Shown one piece after another: positions 1 through 11,900 of a DNA stretch of 64,000 nt. Positions within the stretch are counted from its first letter, which is position 1. Each line of letters starts with the position of its first letter. The translations under genes and the position numbers were made by a program. The notes under the pieces are model-generated. The model did not search any database. It was not told the DNA's origin and was given only the letters and a program-made list of their open reading frames with translations. Origin of the DNA: Bugula neritina (taxonomy: Eukaryota; Animalia; Bryozoa); contig OZ037773.1 of NCBI GenBank assembly GCA_964035545.1, positions 2,199,751-2,263,750 of the forward strand, in the 5' to 3' direction.

Positions 1-23
1 AACATTATCGTTAATTGAACAGC

Positions 24-398
24 ATGACTCCTAAAGTTAGCTCTAGAGGTGCCAAGAAAGCAGGAAATGCTAAAGTAGCCCGAACTGCCGGTGATAAGAA
101 AAAGAAGAGGAAAAGAAAAGAAAGCTTTTCGATTATATATATCTATAAAGTACTGAAGCAAGTGCACCCAGACACTGAGTTATCTGGAAAATCCATTACC
201 ATCATGAACAGCTTTGTCAATGATATGTTTGAAAAGATTGCTGGTGAAACGTCACAATTAGCTCACTACAACAAGCGATCCACCATAGCAAGTCGAGAGA
301 TACAAACTGCTGTGAGACTGATTCTGCCAGGAGAGTTGGCTAAGCATGCAGTGTCTGAGGGCACAAAGGCTGTAACTAAATACACCAGCTCCAAGTAA
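24..398 (+). CDS. H2B: Histone H2B, intronless, divergent
   Basis: ATG at 24. Translation contains [63 protein letters not shown] and is followed by a histone stem-loop. Confidence 0.95.
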   Translation: MTPKVSSRGAKKAGNAKVARTAGDKKKKRKRKESFSIIYIYKVLKQVHPDTELSGKSITIMNSFVNDMFEKIAGETSQLAHYNKRSTIASREIQTAVRLILPGELAKHAVSEGTKAVTKYTSSK

Positions 399-427
399 TC
401 TCTCCAAGCTCCGCTACTAACCCCAAC

Positions 428-443
428 GGCCCTTTTCAGGGCC
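428..443 (+). promoter_or_regulatory. Replication-dependent histone mRNA 3' stem-loop
   Basis: GGCCCTTTTCAGGGCC about 30 nt after the H2B stop; matches the SLBP-bound consensus. Confidence 0.95.
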
Positions 444-3102
444 ACTAATGTTAACTTGTAGAGTTGTTCAAACTTATGAATAATAAATTATTGATAAACC
501 TTCTAGATATATATTGGGCTCTATAAAATTTGCAATGCACTCACTTATTAACATGTTCTACTTAAAATCTAAACTATGTAGAGTAGTGAATAAACAACTG
601 AATAAAAAGTATAATCTTCTACCAGGCTTTTAAAACCTGCATTCCAGTAATTGTCAATCCCAAGGCTATAAAAGTCACAGCAAACATTATGAGCAGACTT
701 CACAAATCAAAGTAATTATGTTAAAGCAGACCCATTATGCAACTTGTTCAGGTGCTGTTGTCTATAAACATGCATCAGATAGCACCCTATATAGCTACTG
801 TTCAGATTTTACCTGCAGCCACACTATTACAAAAATAGAGTTATAAGAGCTGTGAGTTGAATAGTAGATATGATAGGATTTATAACTTATATCCCAATAA
901 TCTATAGATAATACTTGTCTAGACTCCAGAAAATTTTACACCAGCAGTGGACCTGGTGGAAACTAGCATCAGCATTTTCCTTACAAAAAGTGTAATATAT
1001 ATTATGTAATTATTCCACACATAATGAGTGCAGGGCTAATAATATATCTACAGCAAGTCATTATCTGCTCAGCTTTAGTTTAACAGGTTAAGCTGATTTA
1101 TTTTACATCAGCTCATCATGCCAGAGCTGTTCTAAATTAACCATAATATGTTTACGGCTTGTCACCTCAAAAAGTTGCACTGGAAAATGTCAAAAGTCTA
1201 TAACACAGATTTGGTGAAAACACTACCACAAATTAATCCTTAGCTACATCTATTCCAATTATCAAGATGTAATAAAATATTGGTGTAAGAGGTTTGTTAC
1301 TCATTGTGAGCATTAAATTACCGTTGCGGCTATGACGAAACAATAAAACCAACGGGCTAGTCTTTTCATTGCATCAGTATAAATTCAAGAGTTGCCCCCT
1401 CATAAGCACAGAACAAAACTAACAGTATGCATACACATATACATAATAATGTATATTAACTAAACTTAAACTAGTCGGAGAAGATGGTTTACTTAAAGTG
1501 AATCAAAACTTCTTCTTGCATCTAAATCTAAACATTTTGGTATTTTATTGATGTTGATTCATTTCAAAATAGTATGATTTTGCTAAATATTTGTAAGGAA
1601 AACAATTTTGTATGTAAAATAGCCAATAGAATATGCAATAATAAGAAATGCAAAGTTATCAGGGGAGATTATTACGAGATAAATTAGATAAAAATATGTT
1701 TAGGTTAATGAAAACAAATATTTGAAAAAACCTAAAACCATGCAAGTGTTTATAGTTATAAAAATATTATAACTTTTAGGCAAGAAAATGAACGTCTGCA
1801 GTGTTTGCAGACAGAGAAGATAATTGCTCAGAAATTGGGCCATGGTCAGATTTACATTTTTAAGCCACCAATCTTTTTCATAACCTTTTTCCTTTGATAA
1901 CTTTGTATAGAGTAGCTGCATAAACATTGAGCATCTTTCCATGCGTCGACTGTTTCTTTCTGGGCTACAAACAAATGACGTTATTTCATTTCATGATACA
2001 GAAATGTTTGATGGGAATATAAATGCTGATGACATTAAAACTAAACTGTAAGAACAATAGATTCAATATCAATACACAACACAATATTTTTAAACCAGAT
2101 CAAAAGTTGTAAATTTTTGCTTTAGAAAATTATGAGCACTAATATGATGTAATATAAGAATTTTGTGTTTGTGGGCTTTGCACCTTTCTGGTATTTGCAA
2201 ATATATATAATTCCATATAATAATTATATATAAGAATTGCTTGATCAAAGTTATCTAAAGACTTCCAATGTTATAATATAGCTGAATTCTTTTTGTGACA
2301 ATTTAAACAGTCAACTGATTTAATTTGTATACTTGTACGAATAGAACACATACAAATGATTTTATTTTGGTATTATTTCAAATTGACAATTCATCCAACA
2401 TGAATAGTATGTTTTTTATATTTACTTTTGAGTTCAAGGCGATTATAATTTTATGAGCCGAAGCCTCAAAAAGTCACTCAAGAAATTTTTAGAATAGAAA
2501 AAATAAATAATTTGTGAAATGTTTGAAACATCCCGAAGTCATCAACTCCTGGTTAAAGTCTAACAGCTCACTGTAAACAAGAATTCCAATCATCAGGAGA
2601 TTATAGTAAAACATTGGTGTAAGACATTTATCACTGATTGCATTTACTGTTGCAGCTCCAAGAAAATACAACAACTGGGCTAGTCTCTTCATTGCATCAA
2701 TATAATTTAAGGAGAGAACAGAGCTCACCATATACATATATATTTACTAAACCTACTCTAGTCAAGAAATAGTAAAAGAACAAACAACAGCTAGCATTAA
2801 AAACAGTTGTTATACTATAGCTTGGTATACCATACTTCACTATAATATACTATTAGTCTTTACCTTTGTATAGGTTGATATTTCATACTTTTACAAACCA
2901 CTTTTGCAGATTTAAATAATGGTAAACTCTCAGAAATGATCTGTGACATAATTATATTTTTATTATCACTATATGAAAATTAAAAGCAAAACACATCTTC
3001 ATGATTGACCAATGGAACTAGTAGAACTATCTAATTTGCATATATAAACACAAGTAACTGTGGGAGCTTGCATTCAGCATAGTTATTTACTAGCACATCA
3101 TC

Positions 3103-3353
3103 ATGCCTCCAAAGGCTACTGTAAAAATATCAAGAAAAAGAGAAAAAAGTGATGGTACCTACATTACACCTATAGGCTAAGGTGTTGAAGCAAGTGCACC
3201 CAGACAAGCAGGTGTGTCCAGCAGACCCATGGCCATCATGCATGGACAGGTTTGTAAATGACTTATTTCAAAGAATAGCTGTAGCCTGGAGATGCCTCCA
3301 GCAGGTTTGCTAGGTACAACAGATTGTCACGGATCACCAGCAGAGATTGCAGA
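3103..3353 (+). pseudogene. Decayed histone H2B pseudogene
   Basis: ATG CCT CCA AAG..., then [19 protein letters not shown] and FVNDLFQRIA pieces in shifting frames. C-terminus and stem-loop are missing. Confidence 0.85.
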
Positions 3354-3750
3354 TTTGAAATAAGCAGGCATAAAACTGGTTCATGCATTGTTATGTTTCA
3401 GCTACTCACTCTGTTTGTCTCATAGTATTGCTCTCTATTATTAAATGGTGCGTCTATATCTAGAAAAGCTAGTGGGCATAAAACTTTTTAATTAGTAAAA
3501 TTAAAAGAATTAAATTAAATTTTTTCTTCAAATTTAATAATTATAATCTTGAAAATTTCTTGTTTTTCTTGTTAAATTATGTAATAATAAAAGATGCAAT
3601 ATTCATTAGGGGAGGTTATTACAAAGTAAATGACAAAAGATGCACACACTAGATATAAATGGACAAAATTCTCACAATTTAAATGCTAGCTGTTGTGAAA
3701 AAATCTTTTTGTAAAATTCTTATACATATTTTATAATAACATGAATATCA

Positions 3751-4311
<561 letters not shown>

Positions 4312-4407
<96 letters not shown>

Positions 4408-4424
4408 ACATATATATATATATA
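4312..4424. repeat. (TA)n microsatellite
   Basis: Near-perfect TA tract. Confidence 0.98.
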
Positions 4425-5979
4425 CAATAACAATATAATAACAATATAGTTCATATCAAATAATGTTATGCAATGGTATTTGATACTGCGACTGCTTTCT
4501 ATAAAACATTTTATAGTTGTACCATTTTTAGGTAATATAAATGAGGATGGAAACTTGTGGTTAATTTTATATTCCTGTTATCATAAAATATGAATATAAA
4601 TTTCACAAAAAGCTTTATACAATATCAAGATATTCATATATTTTAGCTATCATCTACAGACTGTGTGAGGGTCGTACAATTTTGTTTTTTTTTTAATTTG
4701 TGACGACAAATTTTGGAATTTCTGATCACCTGTTTCCAGTCGGCTCTGTAATCCTTGTATTACAAAACTAACAGTATTGCTGACTTTCATTGCATGCTAT
4801 TCTTAGCTACTGCAACACTCATGCTGTGTAATAACTGGGCTAGCTTCATGATGAAAGAGTGTTGCAGCAGCTAAGGATAGCATGTGCCGGGGAATTTTTA
4901 AATTATTTTTCTTGAGTAGAATTTAAAGCTTATTTGACAGTTTATAGAGTACCGAGTAGCTTTCAGTTAAAGTAATATGAGCCTATGCAATCTCTGCCAG
5001 CATTAATCTTGCTCTAACAGATTATATTGATTTCAGTATTGATTAATCAAATTTAGGATGTCAATGTTTTCACAAACTGCTGCTTTTTCAATAAAATGCA
5101 TTTTTCATTTTCAACGAATGAAAATTTATCTAATCATAAATGAAAACAAAGGTCACTGTATTATTGCTGTTTTAGAAAAGATTAAATCGAAAAAGCTGAA
5201 AACGATATTGGAAGTTGAAGATCAAATGAACTCAATACAGAAACAGAGGGCTGTTACTACTCATACGAATAAAAGTATTTACTGGTTATAGCATATGCAT
5301 GGAATTTCTGCTAAAAATAATGATAATAGTATTAGACCATCGGCAATAATAGTTAAAACTTTAACTTATGTCTGCTAAATTGTGAAAATGTGCTATTTTA
5401 ATGTTTTATTTCAAAACCATAATTATTATAATTGATTCATTTTTGTCAAATTTATTTTATTTAGAAACAAAACAGTGTCAAGAAAATATGACATTTAGAA
5501 ATATACGATGCTTGCATGTTATATATTAGGGTGAATAAAATTGCGGACAAAAAATAAGCCATTACAAAAAAGGTGAATTGTCTTTTTGATTATCATACTA
5601 TAAATCATAATACAAAAATAAATATAGAATATGTATAGCAATGCTAAAGTATTGTTTATAAAGCAAAGATTTTATCTCAACCAAAGCGTTCAGTAAACAA
5701 ATAAAATTCCTTGAGAGAAAATTGGAATAGAGTTGTACACAAGGAGTAGAAGGTCTTATCAAGTAATCAATAACGGAAAGTTCAGTTAGAAATGCTTGTC
5801 AACAGCCAATCAAATTTCAGATCTCAACCAGTAGGCATTTGGCTACAGTTAATGTTTTTGTGCCTCAACTTAAATAAGTTTAGTTAAGTAATATAGGCTT
5901 AGAGTTTTATGTTAAGGGAAATAGTTGGTTAAACTCAGCCATCTGGATAGAAAGAGAATATGAAGTGATGGAACTGATT

Positions 5980-8900
5980 CTACCAGCGTTTTCCTTGCCT
6001 GAGGTGGCAGTCATAAGTACCCTTGCCATGCTTATTCTTTATAATCCAGAAAGAATCAGTGATTTTCCCATTCAGTTCATCATCAACCTACACAATATTC
6101 ACACAAATAGAGAACAGGGAATATAAATATGAATGCATAAAAATTGTGTGAATATTTGTTGAATGACTTGGGACCAGAAGGGCAATTATTGATTTTGAAT
6201 GACTGTATTGATAATCATGGCATGCCGACATATTAATGAAAACACACAATAAAACTTTCCCATGTCGTTATTTTAATATTCATCACTTACCCATTCAACA
6301 AATATGTGGGTGGAGTTACTGATATGGAACTTATTGTACCCATAGTTACGGACTCGATATGCACTCCAGAAAGGTTCGTCTTTGGTGAAAGGACTGTGCT
6401 CAGCATACATCCCCTGTAAATAGTAAGTATATACATCCCATGTAAATAGTAAGTATATACATCCCATATAAATAGTAAGTATGTACATCCCATGTAAATA
6501 GTAAGTATGTACATCCCATATAAATATTAAGTATATACATCCCCTGTAAATAGTAAGTATATACATCCCATGTAAATAGTAAGTATATACATCCCCTGTA
6601 AATAGTAAGTATATACATCCCATGTAAATAGTAAGTATATACATCTCCTGTAAATAGTAAGTATATACATCCCATGTAAATAGTAAGTATGTACATCCCC
6701 TGTAAATAGTAAGTATGTACATCCCATGTAAATAGTAAGTATATACATCCCATGTAAATAGTAAGTATATACATCCCATATAAACAGTAAGTATATACAT
6801 CACATGTAAATAGTAAGTATATACATCCCATGTAAATAGTAAGTATATACATCCCATGTAAATAGTAAGTATGTACATCCCATGTAAATAGTAAGTATAT
6901 ACATCCCATGTAAATAGTAAGTATGTACATCCCCTGTAAATAGTAAGTATGTACATCCCATGTAAATAGTAAGTATATACATCCCATGTAAATAGTAAGT
7001 ATATACATCCCATATAAATAGTAAGTATGTACATCCCATGTAAATAGTAAGTATATACATCCCCTGTAAATAGTAAGTATATACATCTCCTGTAAATAGT
7101 AAGTATATGCATCCCCTGTAAATAGTAAGTATATACATCCCATGTTTGTTTGTTTGTTTGTTTGGTTTATTTCATCAAAGGTATTTAATAACACAAGGAC
7201 ATTAGAAAATGCCAAGGAGGCGATGATGAGGCCCATTGCGCTATAGCCTAGCTAGTCATGCGCGGGCCAACACGAGCTGACAGCGACTCTATCCAGAAAA
7301 ATACAAAAAAAATACAACTATTCTAACAGATAAAGCCTCAGCTTCCTCCCAAATTCATTAGGGTTGCTAATTGACCGTAAAGGGATTGGCAGTTCATTCC
7401 ATAGTGCCACCTCCTGATAACAGTTTCTTCTGTGACCTGCTGCTGTTTGAGAGTGAGGAAGGGGGAGATTTATGAATGATTGACGTGTATTGATAGAGTG
7501 AGTGGGAAAAAAATTGTCAGAGTAGAAAAAAGAATGAGCTTTCTTTAACACTTTAAAACGGTAAATCTGGTATATTGAGAGAACTTTATGCTTAGTAAAT
7601 AGAGGCGCTGATGGATGGTCAAACGGTTTTTTGTTCATGATACGCATTACCTTTTTTTGAAAAATAAAAATCTTGTTTAGATGGGTATTAGCTGCATTTC
7701 CCCAGGCCTCTGCACAATAATTTAACTTGGAATTGATGAAAGAATTATATATCAAAAGTAAAATTTTTTGAGGGAGATATTCAGAACATCGGTATATTAA
7801 TCCACTAAGTGGTCGTAATTTTGTAAGTAGGTTTGAGATGTGCAAGCTCCAATTTAAATTTTTATCTATTTGTACACCTAGAAAAGTTATGCTGTTAGAG
7901 TAATTTATAGGTCTTCTATTTAATAATATACAGTTTTCTAGAATTTGAAAAGGATTTTGGTAGTTTTTTAAAACAATATAGTTGCATTTTTCATAGTTTA
8001 TAGTGAGTTTGTTTTTATTGCACCAAATTGACAGAGAGTTTAGATCTTGATTTATAGCTTCCAAATGGGAGTTCAAATCTTTTGATTCAAAAAATAAATT
8101 AGTGTCGTCGGCATAGAAAATGGGATTAAAAAGTTTAAATTGTTGAGCAAGATCGTTTATATATATCAAAAATAAGGTAGGGCCCAAGACAGATCCCTGG
8201 GGAACCCCACAGGTCACTGATCGTGAACTTGATAAGGTTGCATTTACTAGTGTGGAATGACTTCGGTTTGATAGGTAGTTAGCAACCCATGACACTGTGG
8301 ATTCACTAAAACCAAGTTTTCTCATTTTTGCAAGTAAAATATTGTGATTTATGGTGTCAAAAGCCTTACTAAAATCTATAAAAATTCCGAGAACGCAATT
8401 TCCATTGTTAAAAGCTTCGAGCGTATTATTTTTAAATTTAACAACAGCATCTGCAGTACTTAAATTTTTTCGAAAGCCATATTGATTCTTAGAAATCAAA
8501 TTTTTAGATTCTAAAAAGTTTAAAATTTGATTGTTAACAATTTTTTCAAGTATTTTACTAAAAATGGGGAGGATTGAAATAGGGCGGTAGTTTTCACATC
8601 TGTCATGAGAACCTTTTTTGTAGAATGGTAATATTTTAGCAGTTTTAATTTGCGCTGGAACAATTTTTTCTTCTATGCTTTTGTTAAATAAATAGGCAAG
8701 TGGTGTAGATAGTGAAATTTTGCAAAATTTGATAAGTTTAGTCGGGATATTGTCTAAACCTATAGCTTTCTTGGAATCTAGTTTTTCAATGATCTCAATT
8801 ATTTGAGATTCATCAGTTTTTTTTAAATGAAATTCTTCTTTAGTAATATTTGTCAACATTGAGTAGGTATCGGAGTTCGAATTTGTAAAATTTGAAGCTA

Positions 8901-11900
8901 GTTTTTGGGCTATTGTTGAAAAATACAGATTGAAATTGTTAGCTATATCCATATTGCTATCTAGCATGGTCTCAGAGTCCTCAACCGAATACAGTTTTGA
9001 TGAAAAGCATCTTTTGTTTAGTTTGGCTTTCCCTGTTTGTTCATTTATAAGTACCCAAAGCTGCGAACTGTTACAATTGCTAATAAAAGCTTTAAAATAA
9101 TCATATTTAGCGGTTCTCAGATCAGCATTCAAATTATTTCTAAAAGCATTATATCTTTTTAAAATCTTTTTATTCATTTTATGTAAATAGTAAGTATATA
9201 CATCCCATGTAAATAGTAAGTATATACATCCCATGTTAATAGTAAGTATATACATCCCCTGTAAATAGTAAGTATGTACATCCCATATAAATAGTAAGTA
9301 TGTACATCCCCTGTAAATAGTAAGTATGTACATCCCATGTAAATAGTAAGTATATACATCCCATATAAATAGTAAGTATGTACATCCCCTGTAAATAGTA
9401 AGTATATACATCCCATGTAAATAGTAAGTATGTACATCCCATGTTAATAGTAAGTATATACATCCCATGTAAATAGTAAGTATATACATCCCATATAAAT
9501 AGTAAGTATATACATCCCATATAAATAGTAAGTATATACATCCCATGTAAATAGTAAGTATATGCAGTTATTAAACATACAGCTAGCAAACATACATACA
9601 CCCCCCTCCCCCCCCCCCCCCCACAGCTGTTTATCAACTAACAACACCAAACATAATAAGTTTACATTCAGTCCCAATAAAATCATAGTTTTTACCAAAA
9701 ACACTGCATATTCCGTCATACAACTTCTTATTCATTTATCATATATGAACTTTGCAGGTTCAACAAATTAAGAAATAATATTTGAATACTTTTTCAAGGC
9801 CACCCGATGGTCACAGGTTTTGATAATACTCTTGGTCCAAAAAGTTTAATTTCATCTTTCACATTTTTTGTTCACACTTCACATATTGTAGGATATGAGT
9901 ACAGCCAATTAATCTTGCTTATGCTGCCATAGAATATTTCAAAATTCTAAGCAACCAATCAGGTGCTAGCAAGTGATAGACTTACAGCTGATCCAGTTAT
10001 AATATGAATGGGTGCATTTGGTTCAGTGTACGGGTGGTCATAACTTCCATTACATATCTACAAATTTATTAAAAACACACTAACACTAAATTGTTGACTC
10101 CTGTATAACATCATAACCACATAAAACAAAGTAAATAATAAAATTACTGGAAACTAAAAGCAATATAATAAAATACAATGTCTTATCACAACACTTACAT
10201 TAAATGAATATAAGTAGAGTTAGGTGACAATAATAATATACTATCAGATGTAGCCAAATTATACAATCAACCATGGTATTTTCAGCAACACAAAGGATTG
10301 ATATAAGATAGTAAAATACAATGACAATGCATTAACCTATTTATAACTGAAACAGAATTAAATAATTCAGTACAAAATTGAGTTAAAGTTCACAATTAAG
10401 TAGTGAAAGCAATACTATAGTTTCTGGCTTTTAGTCAGTAACAAAGCAGTTACTGGGTTGGGGTATGAAATAGAAGGGTGCCTTCATGAAATCCTGAGAA
10501 CTTATCCTAGCAAGCACAGAATGCTGCAAGTTTTCTATATAACTATATAAGTTGATAGAAAATACAAACCTTTCTATTATAAAGAGGCCAGGACCGTTCG
10601 TAGAAATGTTCGTGTGCTCCGATATAAATATCAACCCCGGAGTCATAGAACAGATCTTCAAACGCATACCTTGTCTATAAACAAATGTTACATAATTGAA
10701 CAGCTAAATTAGTGGAAAGGTATAACAAAAATAACTATACAAAGTAAACAATTATTATAGTAATATTAAATATTATCGTTATATAATACTATTATTTTAT
10801 TATATAGTGTTTTATTTTTACAAGAGGCACAGTATACAAGCTAAATAAAATCATGATATGCGTTTATTTAGTTTTTACAGCCTGAGAAGTCTACTTCAAT
10901 TCTTAAAAACCGAGGCAGTGATATCAGCATGGGCAAAAGAACTCCGCACATCTCATCTATTCACGCAGTTTATGAGAATCACTGTTATGCATACCAGGGT
11001 AGTATAAAGTAAACGCTTTTTGCACCGAGACAAACATAGATTTACATGTCAGTAAAGTACTTACAAAACCTTCATAGTACGTGCAGTCATTAGCATTTGC
11101 ATTTGAGCAGTACATCGGTTTGTGACCTAAGACTATCAACCAAGGTCGTTCTGCTCGATTTTCATTCGCCTTCTATAGACAAAAGAGTGAAAACTTACAC
11201 GATGAATAAATAATTATTAAAAAGTGATTGGACACACAGCATACTAAATTAATTCAATTGTACAATTATCTAACTATTTTTAGAAATGGCCAATTGGATG
11301 ATATTACCTTTAAATCTTCCTTCAGCCATTTTTTCTGTTTACCAATAAGTCCTGGCCCTGTGATATCTTGAAAGAAATAGATTTCAGTGTTGATTGTGAT
11401 GATGTGAGCCGGCCCATAATCAAAGCTACAACACACAGCATTAATATGTTTATTATAGTACCCTAAAAGAGGACACAACTTCAATTTATGCAATAGTTAG
11501 TTGAAATTTTAGAGTATTTATTTACTAGCTTTGATATGATTTCGATAATTTGCTGTTAGAAAGCAATAAGACAAAATGTAATTTGCTCATATGAGAGCTT
11601 GTTACTATTTCGTTAACTTAAGAAAGTATGCAAAACTAAAGCAAAATCACCAGTTACAATAGATATGAAACGAAATAGGTCTGCATACAGTAAAATAGAG
11701 TAATAGTATAATAATGTACTGCCAACAAAGCAGTACATTATGAGGGAACTAAAATAGATATCAAATATCAAATCTTAGACTTTGAAATGAAAACGAGTCC
11801 AATATGCTTTTATTTATTAGTTTGTTATCAGCATTGGCCCAGGTCAATAGTTTACAAATCCATGTCATTACTGACTGCATGGTGCAGTCTCCCAACTCAT

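Noticed and set aside
1700-2737. Short minus-strand ORFs (80 and 82 aa)
   Set aside because: No recognisable motif, and the duplicated counterpart of the second is broken by stops.
6273-7236. Long overlapping MYILTIY.. ORFs
   Set aside because: They result from a stop-poor 26-bp repeat; only the exon-10 portion is clearly coding.
7318-9546. 742-aa ORF as a standalone gene
   Set aside because: The first ~120 aa are translated minisatellite; the rest is a 5'-truncated LINE ORF with no promoter of its own.
6408-9563. RT flanked by repeat arrays read as a CRISPR-, retron- or telomerase-like repeat-synthesising system
   Set aside because: There are no spacers or cas genes, the unit derives from the host splice site, and the RT is an ordinary truncated LINE that splits one unit, so it inserted into a pre-existing array.
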